27,331 nucleotides of DNA from a virus (lineage: Duplodnaviria > Caudoviricetes): positions 1-27,331 of the IMG/VR virus record IMGVR_UViG_3300045135_002598; one strand, 5' to 3'. Shown here in pieces: positions 1 through 8,863 of this stretch. Below the pieces are notes generated by a model. It worked only from the letters and a program-made list of their open reading frames with translations, was not told the origin of the DNA and searched no databases. The stretch's first letter is position 1. The number at the start of each line of letters is the position of its first letter. The translations under genes were made by a program, and so were the position numbers.

Positions 1-1
1 A

Positions 2-160
2 ACTGCTGGATTAGCTTATTACATAGCGATGAAAAAAGCGCCAGATAGAATTCAACTTTTAAAACAAATTTATGAAGATGAGTTTCAACGTGCTGCAGCT
101 CAAGATGGTGAAAGAACAAGTTTATTCCTAACACCTAAGACATATTTGCCAGGAGTATAA
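2..160 (+). CDS. 3' end of a head-tail adaptor-like virion protein (5'-partial)
   Basis: Own translation of frame 2: TAGLAYYIAMKKAPDRIQLLKQIYEDEFQRAAAQDGERTSLFLTPKTYLPGV*. The helical 'GLAYY...YEDEFQRA' C-terminus resembles podovirus adaptor proteins; stop abuts next ATG at 161. Confidence 0.65.
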   Translation, partial: TAGLAYYIAMKKAPDRIQLLKQIYEDEFQRAAAQDGERTSLFLTPKTYLPGV

Positions 161-493
161 ATGGGTAAATATGCGTCAGGTAAATTTGCGCAACGAATAT
201 CCGATAGATCGGGTATGGCGTTTCCGTACAATGAAATGGTGCAAGAGTGGAATGGTTCGTGGGTTCATATTAGTGAGTTTGAACCAAAACACCCACAATT
301 AGAACCACTTCCTATAGTTACAGATCCTCAATCTTTACAGTATGCAAGGTCACAAATTGCTAATTCAACTGTGTTTGTCGGCTTGATTGGAACAAACGTT
401 GATACATTTGCTTCTGTTGGCATGCAACCAAAAGAGAGTAAACCTACCTTATTGCATAGCTCGACAGGAAATGTTACAGTGAGCACATCATGA
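161..493 (+). CDS. Conserved phage hypothetical protein (structural module)
   Basis: AGGAG RBS at 151-155; 'ISDRSGMAFPY..M..EWNG..VH..EFEPKHPQ' motif familiar from marine phage structural modules; ATGA overlap with next gene. Confidence 0.75.
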   Translation: MGKYASGKFAQRISDRSGMAFPYNEMVQEWNGSWVHISEFEPKHPQLEPLPIVTDPQSLQYARSQIANSTVFVGLIGTNVDTFASVGMQPKESKPTLLHSSTGNVTVSTS

Positions 494-1152
494 CCGATTA
501 TTCCGATTTAACTGATAATGTAAGAAATTACACTGAAACAAGCACCAATGTGCTTTCCAACGCTGTCATTCAACCCTTCATAGAGTCTATTGAGGATAAG
601 GTAAGAAGAACAGTAGATTTAAATTATTATAGAAAATATGACACTGCAACACTAACAGTGAATAACCCTTTTTTACCACTTCCCTCTGATTGGGAAGCAA
701 CGAGATATGTACAATTGATAGATGGGTCTGATGACAGAACTTTCTTGATACAAAAAGATATTTCGTTTATGAATGAATACGCAGTAGATAGAACGTCTGC
801 TGGTGCTGGAACGCCTAAATATTATGCGATGTGGGACCAGGATACACACTATCTAGCGCCAACTCCGAACGCTGCATTAACTGTAGAGCTCGCATACACG
901 TACAAGCCTGCTGGTTTAACAAGTACAAATACATCTACTTGGTTAAGTCAAAATGCTCCAAACGTGCTATTGTATGGTTGTGTCTTAGAAGCACTTGGAT
1001 ACTTGAAAGGTCCAGCGGATATGATACAATACTATGATAAAATGTATAATCAGTCTGTACAGGCTCTTGCCACATATGAGATGGGGCGTGACCGTAGAGA
1101 CGAATTTCGGGACGGCGTTATTCGTATCCCTCTCGAATCAAGGAACCCATAG
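490..1152 (+). CDS. Phage adaptor / tail tubular protein-like
   Basis: 220 aa; 'LPSD', 'GTPKYYA', 'LAPTP', 'TWLS..AP..LLYG.L.EA' pattern typical of adaptor proteins; position in structural operon. Confidence 0.65.
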   Translation: MTDYSDLTDNVRNYTETSTNVLSNAVIQPFIESIEDKVRRTVDLNYYRKYDTATLTVNNPFLPLPSDWEATRYVQLIDGSDDRTFLIQKDISFMNEYAVDRTSAGAGTPKYYAMWDQDTHYLAPTPNAALTVELAYTYKPAGLTSTNTSTWLSQNAPNVLLYGCVLEALGYLKGPADMIQYYDKMYNQSVQALATYEMGRDRRDEFRDGVIRIPLESRNP

Positions 1153-1161
1153 GAGATTATT

Positions 1162-1608
1162 ATGGCAATTACTCAAGCTGTATGCAACAGTTTTAAAGTG
1201 GAGATCCTGAAAGGCCTACACAATTTTACGGCTACGACGGGGAACACTTTTAAACTAGCGCTATACGACAACGAAGCAACTTTAAGTAAATCAACAACTG
1301 CATTTCAACAAACGGATGAGGTAGCAGCTTCAGGAACTTACGCAGAAGGCGGAGGAGCATTAACATCTGTTACCCCTGCTCTATCCACTGACACTGCTGT
1401 TTGTGACTTTAGTGACATATCTTTTACAAGTGCAACTATTTCAGCACAAGCTGCTGTAATTTATAATAGTTCAACTGTATCTGGTTTAACTACTAACGCA
1501 TCTGTTTGTGTATTAGATTTTGGTGCAGTAAAAACTTCAACTTCAGGAACATTTACAATTACGTTCCCTGCTGCTGAAGCAACTGCTGCAATTCTAAGGA
1601 TCGCATAG
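1162..1608 (+). CDS. Virion structural protein (beta-rich, tail-associated)
   Basis: AGGAG RBS; Thr/Ala/Ser-rich; 'FKLALY', 'EV...GY..GG..L', 'VLDFG..KTS..GTFTI.FP' motifs. Confidence 0.65.
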   Translation: MAITQAVCNSFKVEILKGLHNFTATTGNTFKLALYDNEATLSKSTTAFQQTDEVAASGTYAEGGGALTSVTPALSTDTAVCDFSDISFTSATISAQAAVIYNSSTVSGLTTNASVCVLDFGAVKTSTSGTFTITFPAAEATAAILRIA

Positions 1609-1618
1609 GAGATAAATT

Positions 1619-2737
1619 ATGGCCTCTCTTCAAGGATGGGGCCGACAGACCTGGAGTTCAGGTGCTTGGAGTGAACAAGCACCTGTAGATGCTACAGGTA
1701 ATGGTCTCACATCATCTCGTGGCTCGTTAACCATAACGGGTGATTGTAATATTACGCTTTCTGGTGTCGCTGGCACTTCCGCTCTTGGAACTGCTGTCGC
1801 TACTGGTATTGCGGAAGTTACTGCTACAGGAAACGCAATAACATCTTCTCTTGGAACTGAAACTGTTTCAGGAACTTGTGTTGTTACACCAACTGGTTTA
1901 GGAACCACCGCATCTTTAGGTGATGAGACAGTAACTACTTTAGCACAATCAGGATGGAATAGAGGCGTCGCTGGTGACAGTGGTGTTACTCTTGGATGGG
2001 GTGATAACCTTTGGGGCACTACAGCTCAATCTTACGCTTTAACAGGAGCTCAAGCATCGACTAGCACTGGAACTATGACCTTTCAAGGTGATGTTTCTAT
2101 AACACCATCAGGACTTGGATTAACAGCTTCTACCAACACACCTGGTACATCAATATTCTTAACTGGTGTTTCAAGCACATCTTCAATAGGAACTTTCTCT
2201 ATAACAGGTGATTCACAAGTCACTGTTGTTGCAGCGAGTGAACCAGAGCTTGACATATTTACAGGAACTGTATCAATTGCAATTGGTAAAACCGCTTTCC
2301 CTACAGGTAATCAACTAACTGGTAGTCTTGGCACAGAAACTGTTACTGGGGATTGTAATGTAACTGCTACAGGCGTTTCTATGACTGGTAGTCTTGGCAC
2401 AGAAACTGTTTCAGGATCTGCTCCTGTAGATGCAACAGGAAATGCTTTAACCTCTAGTGAAGGAGATCCAACAATAACTGCTGGAGCGACGGTTTCACCT
2501 ACTGGTTTAGGCATGACCTTATCATTAGGTGATGAAACGCAAGAAACTAGCTATGAAGCACCTAGTGTTTCTGCAACGTCAAGTACAGGAACGGTAAGTA
2601 TTAGAACAGATGTAAGCTTTACAATCACTGGCGTTTCTGCTACAAGTACAACTGGAACTTTGCAGGGGACTTTCTGGTCCGTTGTCGACGATTCTAACTC
2701 GGATATAAGTTGGACAGAAGTCCATAAAGCCGCATAA
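1619..2737 (+). CDS. Thr/Gly/Ser-rich repeat virion protein (fibre/decoration-like)
   Basis: 372 aa; ~22-aa repeats (TG.x.T.SLGTETV.G); Trp motifs at N-terminus, middle and C-terminus; AGGAG RBS. Confidence 0.7.
   Translation: MASLQGWGRQTWSSGAWSEQAPVDATGNGLTSSRGSLTITGDCNITLSGVAGTSALGTAVATGIAEVTATGNAITSSLGTETVSGTCVVTPTGLGTTASLGDETVTTLAQSGWNRGVAGDSGVTLGWGDNLWGTTAQSYALTGAQASTSTGTMTFQGDVSITPSGLGLTASTNTPGTSIFLTGVSSTSSIGTFSITGDSQVTVVAASEPELDIFTGTVSIAIGKTAFPTGNQLTGSLGTETVTGDCNVTATGVSMTGSLGTETVSGSAPVDATGNALTSSEGDPTITAGATVSPTGLGMTLSLGDETQETSYEAPSVSATSSTGTVSIRTDVSFTITGVSATSTTGTLQGTFWSVVDDSNSDISWTEVHKAA
2318..2410 (+). repeat. 27-bp exact direct repeat at 66-nt period
   Basis: actggtagtcttggcacagaaactgtt at 2318-2344 and 2384-2410, matching the 22-aa protein repeat. 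Confidence 0.9.
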
Positions 2738-2772
2738 AAGTTTTGACAAACTTTAAAATAATACTTAAAACT
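2737..2772 (+). promoter_or_regulatory. Possible sigma70-like promoter with overlapping inverted repeat
   Basis: TTGACA 2743-2748, 17-nt spacer, TAAAAC 2766-2771 (imperfect -10); aaagttt-tgac-aaacttt dyad at 2737-2754 covers the -35. Confidence 0.45.
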
Positions 2773-2787
2773 TTATTAGGAGATTAA

Positions 2788-3516
2788 ATGAGTTCAACTT
2801 ATTCAACAGGCTTACGAATAGAGCTACAAACCACAGGAGAGAATTCAGGTACTTGGGGTACTATTACGAATAATAACTTCTCTCAGGTTTTTGAATATGC
2901 AATTGCGGGGGTCTATTCAAAAGCAATTACTACTGGAACTTCAACAACGCTAACAAACAATGATGGTCCTCAAAGCCAAGCAAACAACGAAGCAAGACAA
3001 AATCAATTAATTTTTACAGGAACAGTTTCTACCACTCACACAATTCAATTTCCAGCAACTCAAAAAACTTACGGAATTTATAACAACATTTCTGGTGGCG
3101 CTGATATATCTGCTAGATTAGGTGCTACAGGAAACACTGTTACTATTACAAATGGTAAATACAGATTAGTATCTACGGACGGCACAAACTGGTATGACAT
3201 ATTTACTTTAGCTGGTTTAGGTGAAGCTTGGTTAGATAAGTCAGGAAACTACACAGCATCCGCTGGTGATAACATTTTTGTCGATACATCTGGTGGGGTG
3301 GTCACTATAACTTTACCTGCTTCTCCTTCTATTGGAGATCAAGTAAAAATTATTGACTCTCACGGCACAGCGGCTACCAACAACATTACTGTTGGAAGAA
3401 ACAGTCAAAAGATTCAACGATCTGCTGCAGATTTAACAATTTCAACTAATGGAGCTGGTATAGCGTTGGTGTACTATGACAGTGACAACGGTTGGTTATT
3501 AAAGTATAACGATTAA
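2788..3516 (+). CDS. Tail fibre protein (proximal/anchor)
   Basis: N-terminal 'STYST.LRIELQTTGENSGTWG' anchor motif; C-terminal 'DTSGG..TITLPASP..GD.V.IID' repeat seen in baseplate/proximal-fibre proteins; AGGAG RBS. Confidence 0.7.
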   Translation: MSSTYSTGLRIELQTTGENSGTWGTITNNNFSQVFEYAIAGVYSKAITTGTSTTLTNNDGPQSQANNEARQNQLIFTGTVSTTHTIQFPATQKTYGIYNNISGGADISARLGATGNTVTITNGKYRLVSTDGTNWYDIFTLAGLGEAWLDKSGNYTASAGDNIFVDTSGGVVTITLPASPSIGDQVKIIDSHGTAATNNITVGRNSQKIQRSAADLTISTNGAGIALVYYDSDNGWLLKYND

Positions 3517-3518
3517 TT

Positions 3519-4184
3519 ATGGCTAACTTACAAGATATAGTAAACAGAAGTGAAGTAGGCGCAATCAAGCCTTGGACTAAAACAACAGCTCCTGATGGAT
3601 ATTTATTATGTAATGGTGCTGCCGTATCAAGAACAACCTATGCAGATTTATTTGCTGTAATTGGCACTACATATGGTGCTGGTGATGGATCAACAACTTT
3701 TGCAGTTCCTCAATTACAAGGTAAAATGCCGCAAGGTTATGATGGTAATACATACAACTTAGCAGGTACTGGCGGAGCAAATACCGTTACTGTTGCGGTG
3801 ACTAACAACCAAGCAGCTACAAATGCTACAAACCAATCTGTTACAATAACAGGAAGCATTGACAATACATCTTTAACAACTGCACAATTAGCGAGTCACA
3901 ATCACAACTTTGAGTTCACAAATGTAGATGGACCTCCAGGAGGCGGTCCTAAAGAAAGAATTACAACATCAGGTTTTCCAAGTCAAGGTAACACCTACTC
4001 AGCAAAATTTTCTGGCGTTGGACGAGCAGCGGCTTCGGGATCAGGAACGGGTCACAATCACAGTCATACTTTATCTGGAACATTATCAGGTAACATTACT
4101 ACAAGTTTAACAGGAACTGTCACAGCAGCAGGTACAAATTCATTCTCACCTTTTGTGGTGGTTAACTATATTATAAAGCATTAG
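3519..4184 (+). CDS. Tail fibre protein with phage tail collar domain
   Basis: 'VGAIKPW...PDGYLLCNGAAVSRTTYADLFAVIGTTYGAGDGSTTFAVP' collar signature; HxH motifs (HNH, HNHSH); C-terminal 'P..VVNYIIK'. Confidence 0.9.
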   Translation: MANLQDIVNRSEVGAIKPWTKTTAPDGYLLCNGAAVSRTTYADLFAVIGTTYGAGDGSTTFAVPQLQGKMPQGYDGNTYNLAGTGGANTVTVAVTNNQAATNATNQSVTITGSIDNTSLTTAQLASHNHNFEFTNVDGPPGGGPKERITTSGFPSQGNTYSAKFSGVGRAAASGSGTGHNHSHTLSGTLSGNITTSLTGTVTAAGTNSFSPFVVVNYIIKH

Positions 4185-4193
4185 GAGACATTG

Positions 4194-4583
4194 ATGGCAA
4201 CGCAAATAGTAATAACTAACGGAGATAAAATAAATATTGATAACAATTCTTATATAATAGAGTGGGCAGATAAAGGAAACGCAATGCCTGCCTTACCCAA
4301 CACTATTCATGCTGTTATTTGGAATAATTTACCAGGTCAAAATGAAATTCAAAACAAAGATGCATCAACAGGTAATATGACTGGTAACACAAATTTAAAT
4401 GCTACGAGTGATGCAGTTGCATCAACAACTGTTGCTGCTTTATTAACATGGGCAGAAACTAGAAAAGGTCAAATAGAAGCTGCAGAAACCGCTTTTATAA
4501 ATGCAAAAGATGCTGATATAGCCAATGGAACTACAAATACAGCTGGTAAAACTTGGAGAGATTACGATTCTAACTATTCGTAA
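4194..4583 (+). CDS. Small tail-fibre-associated protein (possible assembly chaperone)
   Basis: Directly follows collar-fibre gene; AGGAG at 4183-4187 favours ATG 4194; 'IHA..W....GQNEI' motif. Confidence 0.55.
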   Translation: MATQIVITNGDKINIDNNSYIIEWADKGNAMPALPNTIHAVIWNNLPGQNEIQNKDASTGNMTGNTNLNATSDAVASTTVAALLTWAETRKGQIEAAETAFINAKDADIANGTTNTAGKTWRDYDSNYS

Positions 4584-5149
4584 AAAACACTTCTAATTTG
4601 TAAAACTTTTCTTTTTACAGGTCCTGTTACAGGGCACACTTTGTGTAATATATTATTTTTAATAACTAATAATGTATTAGGAACAGGATAGGAAGCTAAA
4701 GGCAACCCTCTTCCAGTGTTAATTAAAGTTTCACCTCCCCAATTATCATCCCAAGTATCATGAATATAAAAAGAATAATTTAAAGTATACGGACCGTCAC
4801 CATGCCAATTAAGCCCCGAAAATTTATTGTACTCGTAATATAAAACATTCATGTGTGAATTAGATTGAAAGGGAATGAAAGGACAATCAATTAATATCTG
4901 ACAAAGATCTTCAAATATTTTATCTTTTGCTTTAATATTATTTTTTTCTATTACCGCAAGTTCTTCTCCAAAATTAATTTGTTTCATTGTTTTAAAATTA
5001 TTTTTATCTACATGAAGATTTTTTTCCCATTCTTTGTGTGAATCATAATTAGAAATATAATTAAAATTAGATATTTTTTTAAATAAATCATCAGGAAGAA
5101 AGTCATTAATGATAACTGCACAATCATCTATATTTGCTTTTATGTACAT
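4574..5149 (-). CDS. 2OG-Fe(II) oxygenase, prolyl-4-hydroxylase-like
   Basis: 'IINDFLP', HxD (WHGD), 'WDDNWGGET', distal H (LHKV) and R (KRKV). Confidence 0.85.
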   Translation of the reverse strand: MYIKANIDDCAVIINDFLPDDLFKKISNFNYISNYDSHKEWEKNLHVDKNNFKTMKQINFGEELAVIEKNNIKAKDKIFEDLCQILIDCPFIPFQSNSHMNVLYYEYNKFSGLNWHGDGPYTLNYSFYIHDTWDDNWGGETLINTGRGLPLASYPVPNTLLVIKNNILHKVCPVTGPVKRKVLQIRSVFYE

Positions 5150-5836
5150 TTATTTAAAATCTTTTTTCTTCCAAAACATTTTTTTATATCTATCAACCCA
5201 TTCACTATTTAAAATATTAAGGGTTTTTTGATGTAGTTTTTCCATGTAAAAACCTGACCACATTTTAAATGATTCACGTTTAAAAGGAATTACTTGAACC
5301 ATAGGATCTCCTTTTTTAATTAAAAACTGTTTATCTCTTTTTTTTAAAATAAAAGGAAAATTAATTACATTTACATAATTGTCCGTATCCACAACGCCCT
5401 CGATAATTTTCCATCTTTCTTCAAGTCTATTCATTGGATGTATAAATAAACAACTATAGCCAGGAGGTGTTTTTATTAACCATTTATTAATAAATTTACC
5501 TGCGTTCTCTCCTGTAGTTTTATGCCATTCTTTAGGTAATTGTGCCCTGCTATGAAAACCAAAATCTCCTTGTTCTCTATTTGCAGGAGTTACACTAAAA
5601 TCATTTTCAACAGGATCAATTAAGTAGTCTTGATCAAAAGGTATTATGTATCCCATCGACATAGAATCTAAAAAAGGCATGCATGTTTTAACTGTGGGCG
5701 AATGTAAATTACCTTCTGTGTGTCTTTTTAATTTTTTATATTCGTCGGGAATAACTCTTGAAGCAGGTTTAGGATGTGGCCATACATCAAGCATACCTTT
5801 ATCAATAGCGCAAAAAGAAATTTTTTTCTCAAACAT
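5150..5836 (-). CDS. Conserved phage protein (DUF6065-like), a usual neighbour of 2OG oxygenases
   Basis: 'TVKTCMPFLDSMSMGY', 'KFINKW.IKTPPGYSCLF.HP.N', 'GVVDTD', 'KKGDPMVQVIPFKR'; no HxD/H triad recognised. Confidence 0.55.
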   Translation of the reverse strand: MFEKKISFCAIDKGMLDVWPHPKPASRVIPDEYKKLKRHTEGNLHSPTVKTCMPFLDSMSMGYIIPFDQDYLIDPVENDFSVTPANREQGDFGFHSRAQLPKEWHKTTGENAGKFINKWLIKTPPGYSCLFIHPMNRLEERWKIIEGVVDTDNYVNVINFPFILKKRDKQFLIKKGDPMVQVIPFKRESFKMWSGFYMEKLHQKTLNILNSEWVDRYKKMFWKKKDFK

Positions 5837-6707
5837 TTTTTAATCCATATTTAAAAGTAGCAATCATTCTTAATTCCGTACAAGAACGAGAGATCTCTCT
5901 TGCTGCGTGAGAAATAAAACCATCAAATATAACTGCTTTTCCTGGGCTAGGAGAAACCGAATATTCAATATCATTTCTTTGTTTATTTAAAAAAACAGTT
6001 TCTCCAGCGTACTCTAGAGCCCATATTTTATTTAAATAAAACATTACAGTGAATATTTCATTGTAATTTTGAGCATTATCATCAACATGAAAATCATGTA
6101 TGGTTCCGTAAACATAAGAGCTTGCATAAGCTCTTTTTAATTTTACAAAATCAAATAAATTTTCTTTTTTTAAAATGTCTGTAGCTGCGTCAAATAAAAT
6201 TTTATCAGTTTTATCTTTTTTATTTAATTCATAATTAAATTTTCTACAATTAGGATTTGAACCTGCTCCTATAAAACGCCATGGTTTAACGTCTCTAAAA
6301 ACTCCGTATAAAGTGTCAATATTTTTTTCATCAAAAACAAAATTATATACATTAAAAAGAGGGGCAATATCTAACTTGTTTGCTAATAAAATATTTTTAA
6401 TATTTGAATCATTAGAATTCCATAATTCTTCTCTGGGAGTATTATTAAACTTAAAAATTAAAGCTTCCGATTCTGATCCTATAATGTTTTTAATTTCTTC
6501 TCTGCTGGGATTTAATCCTGCGTCAAAAAATTCATTTCCATAAATACTATGAAATAATCCTGCAAAACATACATTATCGGGTTGATTAATTTTACGTAAA
6601 AAATTGTATACCCCTACTAAATGATCAAAAAAAGTTTTATCACCATGTGGTATAAGATTAATTTTTTTACTAAGTAAATAATTAATGCAATTATGATATT
6701 GGTTCAC
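5829..6707 (-). CDS. Fusion of HD-like (DUF6817-like) domain and 2OG-Fe(II) oxygenase
   Basis: N-terminal 'PHGDKTFFDHLVGV...AGLFHSIYGNEFF'; C-terminal HxD (FHVD), 'YLN..W..EYAGET.F', 'FDG.I.H', 'R..ATFK'. Confidence 0.75.
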   Translation of the reverse strand: MNQYHNCINYLLSKKINLIPHGDKTFFDHLVGVYNFLRKINQPDNVCFAGLFHSIYGNEFFDAGLNPSREEIKNIIGSESEALIFKFNNTPREELWNSNDSNIKNILLANKLDIAPLFNVYNFVFDEKNIDTLYGVFRDVKPWRFIGAGSNPNCRKFNYELNKKDKTDKILFDAATDILKKENLFDFVKLKRAYASSYVYGTIHDFHVDDNAQNYNEIFTVMFYLNKIWALEYAGETVFLNKQRNDIEYSVSPSPGKAVIFDGFISHAAREISRSCTELRMIATFKYGLKNV

Positions 6708-7299
6708 GCTTTTCTATAAAATTAAAAGACATAGATCTTCTAATTTCTCCTTTTATTTTTGTTTTAAAAGGCATCACCATGTGTTGATGACGTGCTTCAA
6801 ATATATAAAAATGTCCTACTTCAGGTTCCATCCACGCCACACCTTCGCCATATACATCTGTAAAAGCTAACTGTCCGTCTTTAAATTTATGTGGATCTTT
6901 AACATCATTAATAAGTTCAGGAATTTTTAAAAACAAAACAGTAGACCAACCAGTATTGTCGTGGTGCGTGTGAGGTGGATTGTATTCACCTTCTTTCATG
7001 TCATTTATCCAACAGCTTAAAATTTCAAGTTTTTTACTCCCTTTATAAAGGTCTATCTTTTCTAAAGTTTCAATGTAATCATTCATACAATCAACTATAT
7101 TTTTAGATATTTTTGTTTCCCCAATTAAATTTGTAAACTCTAATTCTGAATCTAATCTTCCTGCTAATCGTCGACCAAAAGAATTTAATTTTGTTTTATG
7201 CTCTTCATACTTTTCATTTAACTCTTGTACGGCATCAAGTGGTAATTCATATCGTTTTACTATTCTTCCAAAAACATTCATAATATCCTTGTAAGCCAT
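6691..7299 (-). CDS. 2OG-Fe(II) oxygenase-like, TIGR02466/2OG-FeII_Oxy_5 type
   Basis: 'WIN.MKEGEYNPPHTH', 'H.V.PF', 'RRSMSFN'; start moved to ATG 7299, just after the upstream stop. Confidence 0.8.
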   Translation of the reverse strand: MAYKDIMNVFGRIVKRYELPLDAVQELNEKYEEHKTKLNSFGRRLAGRLDSELEFTNLIGETKISKNIVDCMNDYIETLEKIDLYKGSKKLEILSCWINDMKEGEYNPPHTHHDNTGWSTVLFLKIPELINDVKDPHKFKDGQLAFTDVYGEGVAWMEPEVGHFYIFEARHQHMVMPFKTKIKGEIRRSMSFNFIEKREPIS

Positions 7300-7301
7300 A
7301 T

Positions 7302-7964
7302 TTATTTTTCGTCTCGTCGCATTCGAGTTAAAGAAGTCCAAAATTGAACACTAAATCTTTGTTCTAAAAACGATACGTCTTTGTTATCTTCGGAGTAAAG
7401 AGGAGTAATTGCATGGCTAATAAAAGAAGGAAATACACAAAAAAAATTATTTTCATTAGGCACTTCAATTATTTTTCCCTCATCCATAAATAAAAGATTA
7501 CCACCTTTAAGTTTATTTCCTTTATTAAAAATTAAATTAAAAGTAAATAAATTACCATCGTGAGAATCTTTATGCCATCCATAATATCCTCCGTTATTGT
7601 AAGCGATAACATGCACGTTCCATTGAACATTTCTTTCTAATAAAGAAAACAAGTGCAAATTATTTTCGGAGGCATAGTGCCATAATCCTTGGGTCAACGC
7701 CCAACGACCCGCAGTAGTAATAAAACTTTCACATTTTTTTGCTTCTTCCCAATCTACCCAAAAATCAAAACCTCCACAGGAGGGACTAAAAAATTCATTT
7801 GAATCTTTGTAATATTGTGAATTATTTTTTCTTTTTTTTGACCATACAGGCACGTCAAACTTTGCTCTATTATTTAAAAAATCAGTGTAAAGTTCCTCTA
7901 CCTTATTCTTAGGTAGAAAATTTTCGCAAGCAATAATATTTTTAGATATATTATAATATTTCAT
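7302..7964 (-). CDS. 2OG-Fe(II) oxygenase, prolyl-4-hydroxylase-like
   Basis: 'Y..GGYYGWHKD', 'GGNL', 'FPSFI.HAITP', 'RFSVQFW'; start ATG 7964 (alternative 7985). Confidence 0.85.
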   Translation of the reverse strand: MKYYNISKNIIACENFLPKNKVEELYTDFLNNRAKFDVPVWSKKRKNNSQYYKDSNEFFSPSCGGFDFWVDWEEAKKCESFITTAGRWALTQGLWHYASENNLHLFSLLERNVQWNVHVIAYNNGGYYGWHKDSHDGNLFTFNLIFNKGNKLKGGNLLFMDEGKIIEVPNENNFFCVFPSFISHAITPLYSEDNKDVSFLEQRFSVQFWTSLTRMRRDEK

Positions 7965-8037
7965 TCTTTTTTCTGTCCCTTTCATAGCATGAATTTGTTG
8001 TCAAGAAAACAATTATCATAATTTAATATTAATCAAC

Positions 8038-8066
8038 TTGATTTAAATCAATGATGTGTTTAAATT
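8038..8066 (+). promoter_or_regulatory. sigma70-like promoter of the 78-aa gene, overlapped by a 14-bp palindrome
   Basis: TTGATT 8038-8043, 17 nt, TAAATT 8061-8066; ttgatttaaatcaa (8038-8051) is a perfect palindrome; AAGGAG RBS precedes ATG 8103. Confidence 0.55.
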
Positions 8067-8102
8067 AGATCTCACCCAAAAATTACAAATCAAGGAGATA
8101 TT

Positions 8103-8339
8103 ATGGAAAATCAAGAAGTATTGAAGGCTATAGCTACCCTTGCTGATAAGGTGAGCAGATACCACGAACGTTTATTAGCAGTGGAAAGAGAAAAAGAAAA
8201 AATAGAAAAAACACTGTCAGAGCATTTAAAAGGCTGTAATTGTCATCCTGTAATTGAGGGTAAACCCTATAATTCTAATGCAGAGGTTATGGTAACAGGT
8301 TTAGATTCTGAAGTAGAGTGTGAGGCTTGTAGCGCTTAA
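8103..8339 (+). CDS. Small coiled-coil protein with CxCH motif and C-terminal ECEACSA
   Basis: Strong RBS, own promoter, fills the gap between minus-strand genes; heptad-like N-terminal half. Confidence 0.8.
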   Translation: MENQEVLKAIATLADKVSRYHERLLAVEREKEKIEKTLSEHLKGCNCHPVIEGKPYNSNAEVMVTGLDSEVECEACSA

Positions 8340-8863
8340 TCAGGAATATATAGGTAATTAATATTTGATCTTTCAAGAGTATCTAAAGCGTCTTCTTTTG
8401 TTTCTACTAAAGCTTCTCCAGCTAAATTAAAAGATGTATTAAGTAGAATAGGAACTTGTGTTTTTTGATAGAATAACTCTATTAAATCATAAAAACTTTT
8501 GTTTTGTTTTTTAGTAAGTGTTTGAATTCTACATGTACCATCAACATGAACAATAGAAGATATAATATTTTTTTTGTCCTCTTTTACAGGTATAGCGTAG
8601 GACATGTAAGCTGATTCTTTTATTCTCCCCATCTCAAACCAATTTTTTGCATGTTCTAATAAAACAGTTCCTGCAAAAGGCCTGTACCACTCTCTTTTTT
8701 TAATTGTATTGACAATATCTTTTCCATCTTTGTTTCTAGGATCAAACAATAAAGATCTATTTCCCAAGGCTCTCGGACCATACTCCGATATGTCTTGAAA
8801 TAATGCAACTATTTCTTGATTTAAAATCTTTTCAATTGCTTCTTCTTTACTTGTAATTATCAT
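8336..8863 (-). CDS. Carbamoyltransferase C-terminal (YrdC-like) domain, NodU/CmcH family
   Basis: 'SEYGPRALGNRSLL', 'KKREWYRPFA', 'HVDGTCRIQT', 'LNTSFN..GE.LVET'. Confidence 0.93.
   Translation of the reverse strand: MIITSKEEAIEKILNQEIVALFQDISEYGPRALGNRSLLFDPRNKDGKDIVNTIKKREWYRPFAGTVLLEHAKNWFEMGRIKESAYMSYAIPVKEDKKNIISSIVHVDGTCRIQTLTKKQNKSFYDLIELFYQKTQVPILLNTSFNLAGEALVETKEDALDTLERSNINYLYIPD

Noticed and set aside
2318-2410. CRISPR-like repeat-spacer-repeat
   Set aside because: Only two copies, in frame within a repeat protein; no cas genes or leader.
4562-4587. Hairpin ttacga/tcgtaa as a terminator
   Set aside because: Weak 6-bp AT-rich stem, 10-nt loop, no downstream U-tract.
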